Positions 28,887-38,892 of a stretch of DNA of 64,000 bases are shown here, piece by piece; within the stretch, counting starts at the first letter, position 1, and the number at the start of each line of letters is the position of its first letter. Below the pieces are notes generated by a model. That model was not told where the DNA came from and searched no databases. It saw only the letters and a program-made list of their open reading frames with translations. The stretch lies in the IMG/VR virus record IMGVR_UViG_3300011472_000011, positions 1 to 64,000 of that record, one strand, 5' to 3'. The DNA is from an uncultured virus (IMG/VR IMGVR_UViG_3300011472_000011). Lineage: Duplodnaviria; Heunggongvirae; Uroviricota; Caudoviricetes. The position numbers and the translations under genes are program-made.

Positions 28887-29887
28887 ACATCCAACTCCTC
28901 TGCCCATTCATTTGCTGGATTATCTTTAGTTATTTTATTTGTATGGTCATATCTTCTTGTTGTACTTGATGAAATATGACTAACTCTATCTTGAACAACT
29001 TCCATAGGTATACCCGCATCTAAAGATTCAGTTATATATGTGTGCCTTAAACAGTGTGGGTGAATGCTACTTGCATCTAATCCAGCTTTTTTAGCTACCG
29101 CCTTAACAACTCTATAAACAGTTTGTGTTGTTATGGGTCTAGTTTCTTTATAACTTCTTGAATATGTAACTAATGTATGAGATACAAACAAATACCTATT
29201 TTTACTTTGCAAAGTCAATCCTCTCATACTTAGATATTCTTCTATATACTTCATAATAATATCAGCTACAACAACCATCCTGTCTTTCATACCTTTACCG
29301 ATAAATTCAATCACATGATTTTCATTGTATATTCCAAAATCACTTAGTTTTATATTTGCAATCTCTTCCCTTCTCATGCCAGTTGTTGCTAACAAAAGTA
29401 TGATTATTTTATTTCTTAACCCAATAATTGATTTATCTTCATTTAGAGCCTCCATCATCTTTTTAACTTCATCCTTAGTTAAAGCCCTGGTATTAGAGTA
29501 ATTCCTTGTTTTAAACCTCACAGCTCCTTCTTCTGTAGATACAGGGTTGTAGTCCATAATACCTACGTTTTTTCTACATAAATATTTATAGAATTTAGAT
29601 AGTGCTTGTAGTTTTCTGTTAACAGTTGAAGTTGATGCTCCATCAACAACTAATTTTTTAGCATATTTGTTTATCATAGCCGGGCTAACACTTCTAACCA
29701 TGTCTATTGTTACCTCGTAAACACTTTCGACATTAAAAAAAGACCTTATATCTGATAAATAAGCTCTCTTAGTTTCATCTGCTAATTGTCCTGCAAATTC
29801 TGCAATATACGGTTTAAAATATTTAATAGGTTGGCTTTCACTTTTTTCTAAAGCAAAGTCATAAGTTTCATTTAGGTTTTCAAACAA
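28883..29887 (-). CDS. tyrosine recombinase/integrase (XerC/D-like), intact active site
   Basis: TGMRREE, HPHCLRH, VSH, TTRRY. Confidence 0.9.
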   Translation of the reverse strand: MFENLNETYDFALEKSESQPIKYFKPYIAEFAGQLADETKRAYLSDIRSFFNVESVYEVTIDMVRSVSPAMINKYAKKLVVDGASTSTVNRKLQALSKFYKYLCRKNVGIMDYNPVSTEEGAVRFKTRNYSNTRALTKDEVKKMMEALNEDKSIIGLRNKIIILLLATTGMRREEIANIKLSDFGIYNENHVIEFIGKGMKDRMVVVADIIMKYIEEYLSMRGLTLQSKNRYLFVSHTLVTYSRSYKETRPITTQTVYRVVKAVAKKAGLDASSIHPHCLRHTYITESLDAGIPMEVVQDRVSHISSSTTRRYDHTNKITKDNPANEWAEELDV

Positions 29888-29911
29888 TTATTATCACCTC
29901 CATTGAATTTA

Positions 29912-30280
29912 TCAAGTGATTGAATAGCCATTCTCATTAAGTTCAAAACCTAATTCTTTCAATCTTCTTACATGTTCAGCAACAAACTCTTTTCCTGCTA
30001 TTTCTGCTTCTTTTTTCGTTTCAAACACTTTAGTTTTCCACTTTCCTAATATCAAGTCTAAATTATTAATATTTACTATTATAGGCTCAATCTCTGAAAA
30101 CCTTGTGTGACATAACATATCTTGGCTGCATCTTCCTTCAAATGCTTTAGGATATAGCTTATCAAATTTTTCTTTTTGGAATAAGCAAGCATCACAGCAG
30201 TCTGTATGAAATCTATAAACAATAGTTCCTAAAGGAACAGGTAAGTTTATTATTTTCTTGTCTTGACTTATAAAACTCAT
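29912..30280 (-). CDS. hypothetical phage protein
   Basis: LPVP.G..VY...VFETK.EAE phage pattern. Confidence 0.6.
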   Translation of the reverse strand: MSFISQDKKIINLPVPLGTIVYRFHTDCCDACLFQKEKFDKLYPKAFEGRCSQDMLCHTRFSEIEPIIVNINNLDLILGKWKTKVFETKKEAEIAGKEFVAEHVRRLKELGFELNENGYSIT

Positions 30281-30304
30281 ATTTATATATTCTCCTTACT
30301 TACT

Positions 30305-30673
30305 TTACTTTTCAAACTCTTCCTTTAATTTCCGATACGCTTCGTATCGCTCTTGTTTTAAACGTTCCTGTAATTTTAATTCTTTATCTTTTATCTCTTC
30401 TTTCTTTTCTTCAAGAAAATCATTTAAAGCTGCATCTGATGTTAAACATAATTTAGGTACAGACAAAGTATTAAGTATATCTCCTTCAAAATCTATAAGC
30501 TGCATTTTCACCTCATCACCATAAAATTCAAAATTAATCGTATCTTGTGACCAACATTTAGTCTCAAATTTAGTAAAAATTTGAATCCCCCTGTTTTGAA
30601 GTTTAAATGATAGAACTTTCAAATGTTCAGTCATCTCACAATACTGATCTAATTCCTTTTCTGTTAATATCAT
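30305..30673 (-). CDS. hypothetical protein
   Basis: ORF with RBS; ends Y.KLKEEFE. Confidence 0.6.
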   Translation of the reverse strand: MILTEKELDQYCEMTEHLKVLSFKLQNRGIQIFTKFETKCWSQDTINFEFYGDEVKMQLIDFEGDILNTLSVPKLCLTSDAALNDFLEEKKEEIKDKELKLQERLKQERYEAYRKLKEEFEK

Positions 30674-31032
30674 TTTAAATTCTCCTTATATTTTCTGTTC
30701 CAGCAATCTATACAACCGCCAATTTCCGAATAACCGCATTCCTCAAATTTAGCCTTATCGCCGTATAATACATCTGGGCAAATAATAGACTTACTACCTC
30801 TAAAGGTATTCATTGGTAGACCCTCCGTGGTCTTGCGTATAGTAGGATATTTTTCCAGCAGCACCGACAAATAAGTCTTGACCGGATTTTCTTTCGCCCA
30901 CTGCTCGACGATTGCGACGGCTTGTTCGGGGTGTAGCGTTTCATTTAATTCACAACCTAATGAACATGTCTTACAATCACTATTACAGTTAGCCATCCTT
31001 ACGTACTCTTTCAAATACTCAACTGCATCCAT
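30670..31032 (-). CDS. Cys-rich hypothetical phage protein
   Basis: MDAVEYLKE..RM...VE.WAKENP.KT...C..CWN family pattern. Confidence 0.65.
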   Translation of the reverse strand: MDAVEYLKEYVRMANCNSDCKTCSLGCELNETLHPEQAVAIVEQWAKENPVKTYLSVLLEKYPTIRKTTEGLPMNTFRGSKSIICPDVLYGDKAKFEECGYSEIGGCIDCWNRKYKENLK

Positions 31033-31054
31033 TGTTTTCTCCTTTTATATTAAT

Positions 31055-31081
31055 AAAAAAGCACCTTTATTCAGATGCTTT
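31055..31081 (-). terminator. intrinsic terminator after rtcB
   Basis: AAAGCATCT-GAATAA-AGGTGCTTT then T run. Confidence 0.6.
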
Positions 31082-32290
31082 AAAGTTATATATTGGTTTA
31101 ATTATATCGATGATTTCAACTGTATCTTTAATGTTTTCTATTATCTCCTCTATTGGTTTATAAGCCATAGGAGCTTCATCTAAAGTTGATTGATTTACAG
31201 ATGTTGTATAAATTCCATCCATTTGATTCTTAAAATCATCTAAAGAGATACTCTCCTTTGCTTTCGCTCGACTCATTAGTCTCCCCGCTCCATGTGGAGC
31301 TGAATAGTTCCAGTCATCATTGCCTTTGCCAACACATATAAGACTTCCATCTCTCATATTAATAGGTATAATGACTTTTTCTCCTTTGTATGCACTTATA
31401 CTTCCTTTTCTGATTATATTATCCTTGAAATTTATATAGTTATGAATTGTTTCAAAGTTACTATAGTCATCTATAGTCTTTTCAAACATTTTATCTAAAA
31501 TAATATTTGCCATAGTACGTCTATTTAATGTCGCATATTCTTGACAAATTTTCATATCAGCCAGGTATCTATCTCTCCATATGCCTTCTAAAAAACATAG
31601 TGCTGGAGGATAATCAGGAGTTGTTGTTTTATATTCCTTTTCCAATTCCTTTAAAACTTTTTGTATCTCTTTTCTCCTACCAGTTTCTTTGTATTCTTTG
31701 ATTATTTCTTCTCTATTGACGTAATATTCTTCTCTCCCACTTCTAAGCTCTATAGCCATTCTTTGGTAATATTCAGCCACCTGTTTACCTAAGTTTCTGC
31801 TCCCTGAATGGATTACCAGATATTGGTTGCCTTTGCTATCCTTGTTAATTTCGATGAAGTGATTACCACCACCTAAAGTTCCTACACTTTTCTTGATTCT
31901 TTTTGTATCTTTTAGTTCTCTATAGCAATACAATTCCTCAAATTTCTTAAATTCAGTAATTACGCTCTCATGTGTATTCTTGCCACTTGGCACATATTCA
32001 TTAATTACATTATCAAGCTTTTTGAGGTCCACATATGTGTCTTTCAGCTCTATAACTTGCATTCCGCACCCAATATCGACACCTACGATGTTTGGAATAA
32101 CTTTGTTTCCTAAATCCGCTGTAAATCCTATTACACATCCTGCTCCTGCATGAGTGTCCGGCATTATTCTGATTTTACATTCATTTGTAAAATCTTGATT
32201 GCATAAATTAATAATTTGAGAGATAGTTTCTTCATCTATGTTATTAGTAAATACTTTTGCTGTATTATATCTGCCTTGAATTTCTATCAT
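31067..32290 (-). CDS. rtcB: RtcB family RNA ligase
   Basis: MPDTHAG, VGVDIGCG, GTLGGGNHFIE, HSGSR, HN, RKG, SAPHGAGR, DEAPMAYK. Confidence 0.93.
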   Translation of the reverse strand: MIEIQGRYNTAKVFTNNIDEETISQIINLCNQDFTNECKIRIMPDTHAGAGCVIGFTADLGNKVIPNIVGVDIGCGMQVIELKDTYVDLKKLDNVINEYVPSGKNTHESVITEFKKFEELYCYRELKDTKRIKKSVGTLGGGNHFIEINKDSKGNQYLVIHSGSRNLGKQVAEYYQRMAIELRSGREEYYVNREEIIKEYKETGRRKEIQKVLKELEKEYKTTTPDYPPALCFLEGIWRDRYLADMKICQEYATLNRRTMANIILDKMFEKTIDDYSNFETIHNYINFKDNIIRKGSISAYKGEKVIIPINMRDGSLICVGKGNDDWNYSAPHGAGRLMSRAKAKESISLDDFKNQMDGIYTTSVNQSTLDEAPMAYKPIEEIIENIKDTVEIIDIIKPIYNFKASE

Positions 32291-32317
32291 ATATTTGCTC
32301 CTTATCTCATTATGGAC

Positions 32318-32673
32318 TTATTCTTGCACTTCAAACTCTCTTATTATAGCGTCCCATTCTTCCCATCTTTTTGCTCCTTCGATTTTTAAAACTTCGTTAT
32401 ATTTATCTCTAAATTCTTTAACCTTCTTTTCATTAAAAGATACCATCTCTATATTTTCAGAATAATCATCTCCAGAACCTTTAGAAGATACAACCATAAA
32501 AACCTTTGTAGCTACTGATTGTCCCTCTGGAACATACTTTTTAAGTATTATTTCACCTTCTCTATCAGTAAATATTTCTAAAGGATCTCCTTCCCTAATT
32601 CTCAACGTTCTTCTTTAGGGATAACCACTCTTCCCAAGTCATCAATTCTTCTGACAATTCCAGTTGCTTTCAT
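32318..32673 (-). pseudogene. AbrB/SpoVT-family regulator, frameshifted near 32608
   Basis: MKATGIVRRIDDLGRVVIPKE in one frame continues as TLRIREGDPLEIF.DR.GEIILKKY in another. Confidence 0.8.
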
Positions 32674-33665
32674 AACTTATGTTCCTCCGTATTTATAAAA
32701 TATTCTGTTTCTTCTCTATTCCAGCTCAGAGATAATTCACTATTTACTAACAGCTTCAGATTATTTATTTTATTTTCTTTTATTACTTTTTCCCTGAGCT
32801 TACCATGTTGGTTATAATTTATAATAATAGGCTTATCTAATAAAATCATTGAATATTCTACAAATCCAAAAGTTTCCTTGTTTCTTATAATTGGATAGTC
32901 TGCAAAATTATTTTCTATATTGTACCATAGATAATCATAATCTTCATCAGATAAAATATGTTCTCTATTAAATTCTGTAACTTCGTTAACTGTGCTAAAG
33001 CTATCCGTTTTAAGTAAAGGACTGATTTTTACGCTATTACAATAATCTTTAACTTGATTATAAAAGTACAAAATATCATCAAGATTATCATTGTTTCCTT
33101 TGAAACAATTATTGTTAATTCTTATTGACACATTATATTCATTAGCTATTTTCTTAAATTCTTTCAAATGTTCTAAGCTTACATATGTAACACTTCCTGA
33201 TATAAATTTCTGCTTATCTTCATCTAAAGTCATTACCGAAATATTCATATGAGTAATTCCTGACGACATCAATTTACGGCAATAATCCAAATCTTTACTT
33301 ATTCTGTGACCGTTTGTCGTTATACAAATTTTGCTCAAATCAAATTGCCTTAAGTATTTTATTATCTCAAAGATATCATTATTTATTGTAGGCTCTCCAC
33401 CAAGTAACAAAACTTCCTTAACACCCATATTTTCTATAGCATATTTTATTTTTGGTTTATGTTTTTCAATATCACATATTTCTTTTTTATGAATCAAATG
33501 AGAGATACAAAATTTACATTGTGCATTGCAGTAATCATTAAACACTATATCAAGGTAAGGATATGTACTTAGTAAAAAGTTTTTTCCGTTGTTATCAAAA
33601 TCTTTATAATCAACTTTTCTGCATATTTCATATTCGTTAAAATTAGTAACCTTTATGTTATTCAT
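32670..33665 (-). CDS. radical SAM protein
   Basis: CNAQCKFC, GGEPT, TTNG. Confidence 0.85.
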   Translation of the reverse strand: MNNIKVTNFNEYEICRKVDYKDFDNNGKNFLLSTYPYLDIVFNDYCNAQCKFCISHLIHKKEICDIEKHKPKIKYAIENMGVKEVLLLGGEPTINNDIFEIIKYLRQFDLSKICITTNGHRISKDLDYCRKLMSSGITHMNISVMTLDEDKQKFISGSVTYVSLEHLKEFKKIANEYNVSIRINNNCFKGNNDNLDDILYFYNQVKDYCNSVKISPLLKTDSFSTVNEVTEFNREHILSDEDYDYLWYNIENNFADYPIIRNKETFGFVEYSMILLDKPIIINYNQHGKLREKVIKENKINNLKLLVNSELSLSWNREETEYFINTEEHKL

Positions 33666-34357
33666 TATTTATCACCAACCTTATACTGTGGCAATAAAAC
33701 ACCATTAACCTTAAATATATTAGCATATTGTTTTGGTATTTCTGGATATTCTTCTTTAAATAGATGTTCATAAGCTTTCTTTCTACCTTCGATATATTGA
33801 TATGCTTTATTTTTATCCGTATATCGCTTTCTATATTGTCCTGCTAAAGAAGTATTCCGATTACTCAAAGGGCTGTTTGTATATAAATTCCATGTCACAT
33901 ACCATGCTACAGGTTCGCTTTCTTCAGTTTTTCTATTATATTTTGTATCTTCATATATATCATAAGTCATTTTATAAACGGCATTTGATATTTCAAAATA
34001 ATTATTATATTGACCTGTTTGCCATTTATTATTAGTATGTTTTACTTTTGGCGCATTTAAGTATTCGATAGCCATTTTAGCTATTTTAGTTTGTTCAGCT
34101 GCTGCTGCCCATTCATTTAAAGAATATCTTAATTTTTCATATATCTTTTGTTCTTCATTAATTCGATTTTTTAGTATTATATCTATTTCTCTTTGATTAA
34201 GAACTTTATCAATTTTATTTTTAGATATCAAATACTTAATATCTTCTGTGTTCTTATCAGTCTTAGGATAAATGCTGCAATTGAGCTTTATTTCTCTACC
34301 ATGATTGATACCACATCCATAGTCATAAACACTAAATCTTTCATCATCTTTAAACAT
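33665..34357 (-). CDS. hypothetical protein
   Basis: 230-aa ORF coupled to neighbours. Confidence 0.6.
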   Translation of the reverse strand: MFKDDERFSVYDYGCGINHGREIKLNCSIYPKTDKNTEDIKYLISKNKIDKVLNQREIDIILKNRINEEQKIYEKLRYSLNEWAAAAEQTKIAKMAIEYLNAPKVKHTNNKWQTGQYNNYFEISNAVYKMTYDIYEDTKYNRKTEESEPVAWYVTWNLYTNSPLSNRNTSLAGQYRKRYTDKNKAYQYIEGRKKAYEHLFKEEYPEIPKQYANIFKVNGVLLPQYKVGDK

Positions 34358-34358
34358 A

Positions 34359-35000
34359 TTAAATCACTTCCTTTGTTGGGATTTCAAAAGGATATTCATC
34401 TTCCCACGAAACTAAATCTTTTAAATATTTATATATTTCTTTATGTATTCCTACTTCTGCCCAATTACCAGATATAAACCATCCCAACGGTTTTTTTGTG
34501 GGCTTATTTACAGATATATACATATAACCATTTTCCTCCATAAATAAATAATCAACCCCACACAATTTAAGACTTTCAAAAATTAACCATTGTTCATTAG
34601 TATATTCCTGAATTATTTCGATCAATGATGGTGTATTGATAATTTTGGATAAATTAACCGAACCTAATAATACTTCATTCTCAGCTTTAATACTTCCTTC
34701 GTTGGTTACTCGCCATTTCACATTGCTTTTTAAACCTTTAATTTTAAACAGCTGTCCCACTTCAACACCCAATATTTCACAGATTCGCGGTTTAATATAG
34801 ACAGGTTTAAGCATTTCTTCAGAAAACATCCACTTTTCCACATCTTCAGCCAATGTATAACCATTTTTCATAACTTCATCAATTGTCAAGGTTTTATTTT
34901 TCCACCCGTACATATACTCTTCAAATCTTAATCCACCGTAAATACAATTTACAACTAAGCTATTTTTAACTTTTACCTTGTCTCCAGTTTTATATTTCAT
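34359..35000 (-). CDS. hypothetical phage protein (MKYK.GDKVKV N-terminal beta domain)
   Basis: Common phage modular motifs. Confidence 0.6.
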   Translation of the reverse strand: MKYKTGDKVKVKNSLVVNCIYGGLRFEEYMYGWKNKTLTIDEVMKNGYTLAEDVEKWMFSEEMLKPVYIKPRICEILGVEVGQLFKIKGLKSNVKWRVTNEGSIKAENEVLLGSVNLSKIINTPSLIEIIQEYTNEQWLIFESLKLCGVDYLFMEENGYMYISVNKPTKKPLGWFISGNWAEVGIHKEIYKYLKDLVSWEDEYPFEIPTKEVI

Positions 35001-35014
35001 TTTTGCCCTCCATT

Positions 35015-35338
35015 TTAATATTTTCTTGGTATTAACATTTTAAAATATATTTCTTTTTGTTTATCTTCATTAACAACCTCAATTTCTTCAATAAAAATAC
35101 CACCTATTTTTAGGTAGTAATCTTTAAAATCCTTTGTTATCAGTAATTCTTCCATATTCTCAAGTTTTTGTTTTTCATTAAGATTATTGATATATCTGCA
35201 TTTATCTTTCCTGTTGCATTGATTTTCACAGTATTCCAATGTTATAGGAGTTTCTTTTGACTTGTCACAATCAAATAGTAGCTCCCTTGTATTTTTATCT
35301 TTATTAAATCTGGTTTCAAATATATATATCTTTACCAC
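35015..35338 (-). CDS. hypothetical protein
   Basis: ORF with RBS. Confidence 0.5.
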   Translation of the reverse strand: MVKIYIFETRFNKDKNTRELLFDCDKSKETPITLEYCENQCNRKDKCRYINNLNEKQKLENMEELLITKDFKDYYLKIGGIFIEEIEVVNEDKQKEIYFKMLIPRKY

Positions 35339-35344
35339 TTCCTT

Positions 35345-35626
35345 TCAAGTTGTAATAAAGTCTTTGTAAAAAACAATATCAAATCCATCAATTTCTAGTG
35401 TTACGTCAGCTATCTGCTTGTTTTTAGACAACTCTATCTCTGTCATTTCATATATTTTTTCTTCAATCTCGTCAGCAAACTGTCCTTGAATATATGCATA
35501 ACCTATTTTTGTTTGAAAGTCATCATCGCAAAGTTGTTCTTTACCTTGTTCAATAACATATTCAGCTATTCTTTTAATCAGCTCATTCATTATAAAATTC
35601 TCCTTATATAAAACCCTGCATTTCAT
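35345..35626 (-). CDS. hypothetical protein
   Basis: ORF with RBS. Confidence 0.5.
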   Translation of the reverse strand: MKCRVLYKENFIMNELIKRIAEYVIEQGKEQLCDDDFQTKIGYAYIQGQFADEIEEKIYEMTEIELSKNKQIADVTLEIDGFDIVFYKDFITT

Positions 35627-35673
35627 ATCTCAGTATAAATTTAATGCAGGGAAAACTATGGCTTAATATAAAA

Positions 35674-36627
35674 TTAGTAACATTTAACAACACAGAAATC
35701 AGCCTTACTATCATCAAATTTGATTAGTTCACCTTCAGGTGTAAATGCCGCAACATCGTCAACCATCACGTAAATACCATATTTATTTTCAGTATAAATA
35801 GTACCTTCCATATCAACATAGTATCCTCCGGCTTCAATTACATCACCGTTAGTGTTTACAATAAATCCATCTGTGTCATACAACTCCATTAAGTATTCAT
35901 CGTAATATGATGATTTTAGAAAGTCATCTTTAATATCATAATATTTGGAGTAATATCTGCATTCTATATACTCATAAAATGCTCCATTTTCACTACGAAT
36001 TATATTTTTTACTTTCTCAATATTTCTTTTAACATCATTCATGTCAACATATTCATGTTTAGTGTGAGCATTATAATAACCACTACTGATATTTACTGCT
36101 GCTACTCCTAAATACGGAGCTATTTCAGATATATCCGAAAAGCTTCCCCACTCTTCCTGAAATCCAAAGCTGGTTATATGATCTGTAAAATCAGGATTAT
36201 CACAGTCATAGAATACAGCATCATTTGCTCCCATTCTGTCAAGTTCTATAATGAAATTAACTTCTGGTTTAATTCCTGATTTACAGAACTTTCCGGCTCC
36301 AACCATGCCTATTTCTTCATCTTCACAAAATAAAACATGACACTTAAGTTCTTCAATAACTTTAAGTATCATGTACACACCACATCTATCATCTCCACCT
36401 ATTCCTTGTGGAGACATTATTTTTCCGTCTTTCGAATAACATATTATTTTTACTTTTTCTTTATGAACTGTATCTAAGTGAGCTACTAACAGTATTGGGA
36501 TTTCACCAATTCCATATAAGTAACCTTCTCCAGATTGCGTTTGATACCCCATTTTACGTATCTCTTTTTTTAATTTATGTTTTAACTCTTTTTGGCTCGC
36601 TCTGAAGATTTCTTCAAATTTTATCAT
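35674..36627 (-). CDS. M28/M42-like zinc peptidase
   Basis: AHLDTVH, GGDDRCG, EEIG..G, ELDR, YYNAH. Confidence 0.75.
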   Translation of the reverse strand: MIKFEEIFRASQKELKHKLKKEIRKMGYQTQSGEGYLYGIGEIPILLVAHLDTVHKEKVKIICYSKDGKIMSPQGIGGDDRCGVYMILKVIEELKCHVLFCEDEEIGMVGAGKFCKSGIKPEVNFIIELDRMGANDAVFYDCDNPDFTDHITSFGFQEEWGSFSDISEIAPYLGVAAVNISSGYYNAHTKHEYVDMNDVKRNIEKVKNIIRSENGAFYEYIECRYYSKYYDIKDDFLKSSYYDEYLMELYDTDGFIVNTNGDVIEAGGYYVDMEGTIYTENKYGIYVMVDDVAAFTPEGELIKFDDSKADFCVVKCY

Positions 36628-38426
36628 TATGCCACCTCATGTCTTGTCTTATATCTATTTGCTATTTCTTTGTTTACTTTTACAAAATATTCTGAATTAA
36701 CCCAATGTCTACTTCCTATATCGCTTGGATATATATTATGATCAATAACTTCAACACGAATATCATCCGAATTACAATAACTGTTTCTTTCTATATCTAC
36801 GATTATCATGATTGCATCACATGTTGTAATACCATAACGATACCCTTTACCTGTTATAATATCGCCGATTCTGAATTTCCTTGAACTGCATATTTCACAA
36901 TCTTCATCTTCGCAGGTTTGTATATAGTGACATGTTTCGCAAAGCACCATACCGTTATCATCAAGATGCACATCCTCATCTCTTAAATAACGCCCACACG
37001 CTCTACATATTTTCAGGGTTTTCTTTATATAATATATCCCTTCAATCTTAACAACTTCACTATTTAAGTAATAATCCTCTTCATCTTCAATCCACATAAC
37101 ATCACAATCACGATAATATTCATTATTGTGTTCTGAATATCTATAATAACTATCTAAACAATCTTGGCAAACAAAACCATTATATGTATTTGTCATGTTA
37201 TCTGTAAGATGATAACTATTGCATTCCGGGCAGTAGGTCACACAGTTAGAACAATAAAGCTCATCGTCAATCCAGTGTCCACTATCTTCTGGAAATTCTT
37301 CGCCACAATGAGAACAAGTTTGATAGTTTCTGTCACAGTGGTCACATAATAAACTTTCATGATCATCTAATTGTTCTCCGCATTTTATGCAATAACAAGC
37401 ACTTCCTATGTTTATGTGACCTACTGGTTCGTAATCTTTTAAAGTAGATAAATTGACACCATAATCATCACAATTATAATCTCTATAGTGCATACTATTA
37501 TCATCAGTGTTCAATCTATTTTTAAACTTATAATGTTCTTTTTCAAGACTCCATAAGTTCGGTACACCTAATCCTTCTGCAAAAATACTTTGAACTAAAT
37601 TTCTTAAGTTTGTGTACTTATTTTCTGAAGTAGATGAGTCGTATCTATCTTCATCAGGATATAATCTGCTCTGTAGAATCATGTTATCAGAGTAACAGAA
37701 TACCTGCCTATTAATCTTAGGTTGTGAAAAATATTTGTCACCACTATATTCTTTATCAATGGTGTATAAAATCATAGAAGTCTCATCACCCATATAAGAT
37801 AAGGTTCCAGTCATATAGCAGCCATTCTCTATGTTGTGACATGACTCCCAACTATTTCCTTTACTCATAAGTAAAAAATCGCATGGATGAATTGATAAAA
37901 GGACTTGTCTTTCTATGATAATAGGAGACAAAACATCTGCTAATTTAGCAAAATATTTATTCCATTCAGGTAAAGCTTCTATATAAGTTCCTTTTACAAT
38001 CTTAGCAATTACTCTACTTGTTTTTTGTCCAATATTAGCTTTATATCCTAATTGACTTAAAGTGCTTTTATGATTTTCATCTATATTTGTTGCTCTAACA
38101 TAATATCTAATATTTTTTAAATTCTGATATAATTTTTGTTGTTCTTGATCGAGATTGTAATAATTAACACTACTATAAATATAATCTATAAGCTCTTGGA
38201 ACCTGTCAAGATATTCATCTTTATCAAACCTTCTTTCATCCTTGTATGTCAGAATTACAGCTTGAGCATCATCGTTCCAATTTGGATGCTTACTTAAAAT
38301 ATTTCTCAATGTATCTTTCGCTACTGCCCACCTATCCACTAAATTATCAATTTCATTAGAACTGTAGTTCCATTCATAATCATTAAGTACTTCCATAACT
38401 TCTTGTGCTATTTTTTGTTTATTCAT
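36627..38426 (-). CDS. large phage protein with tandem CxxC zinc-ribbon repeats
   Basis: S.HP.D...MS...WESCH domain followed by many CxxC pairs. Confidence 0.65.
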   Translation of the reverse strand: MNKQKIAQEVMEVLNDYEWNYSSNEIDNLVDRWAVAKDTLRNILSKHPNWNDDAQAVILTYKDERRFDKDEYLDRFQELIDYIYSSVNYYNLDQEQQKLYQNLKNIRYYVRATNIDENHKSTLSQLGYKANIGQKTSRVIAKIVKGTYIEALPEWNKYFAKLADVLSPIIIERQVLLSIHPCDFLLMSKGNSWESCHNIENGCYMTGTLSYMGDETSMILYTIDKEYSGDKYFSQPKINRQVFCYSDNMILQSRLYPDEDRYDSSTSENKYTNLRNLVQSIFAEGLGVPNLWSLEKEHYKFKNRLNTDDNSMHYRDYNCDDYGVNLSTLKDYEPVGHINIGSACYCIKCGEQLDDHESLLCDHCDRNYQTCSHCGEEFPEDSGHWIDDELYCSNCVTYCPECNSYHLTDNMTNTYNGFVCQDCLDSYYRYSEHNNEYYRDCDVMWIEDEEDYYLNSEVVKIEGIYYIKKTLKICRACGRYLRDEDVHLDDNGMVLCETCHYIQTCEDEDCEICSSRKFRIGDIITGKGYRYGITTCDAIMIIVDIERNSYCNSDDIRVEVIDHNIYPSDIGSRHWVNSEYFVKVNKEIANRYKTRHEVA

Positions 38427-38551
38427 TTTATTCCTCCATAGTTTTAATAATTTTTATTTGTTTTTTGTCATTGCTTTACAGCTTAAAAAAGGACACTCTC
38501 AACGAATGTCCTCATGTTAAACCGTAAAACTTTTAATTTTAAGTAAGCTTA

Positions 38552-38800
38552 TTACTTGCGAACTGGTTTATAAATATTTAAACCAATCTTGGCAGATGGA
38601 TATCCCGAAATAGCTACATTACCACTTGTTGAAGCTATAATTTGAGATTTTCCTGAGCCGGATAAGCCAAAATTTTGACTTAGATCAACCGTAATTGTAA
38701 GTATATTATCTTTTACTTCCATTTTTACATTATCACTTGGTTCTAGCATTGTATTCACCTCCACGCTTGTATTTTGATTGTTTGAATTAGTTTTTGACAT
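38552..38800 (-). CDS. small conserved hypothetical protein
   Basis: LTITVDLS...G.S.SGKS..IAST.GN...IGLN.YK. Confidence 0.65.
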   Translation of the reverse strand: MSKTNSNNQNTSVEVNTMLEPSDNVKMEVKDNILTITVDLSQNFGLSGSGKSQIIASTSGNVAISGYPSAKIGLNIYKPVRK

Positions 38801-38892
38801 TTATATGTCCTCCTTAGTTTTATTTTTTTATAATTATGGCTAGTGCCAAATTTAGTTTATTTCAAGTTGTAATGAAGTTAAGTAAAATTGCA

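Noticed and set aside
30700..30940. Locally higher-GC segment as a mobile element
   Set aside because: No terminal repeats or transposase; probably ordinary gene mosaicism
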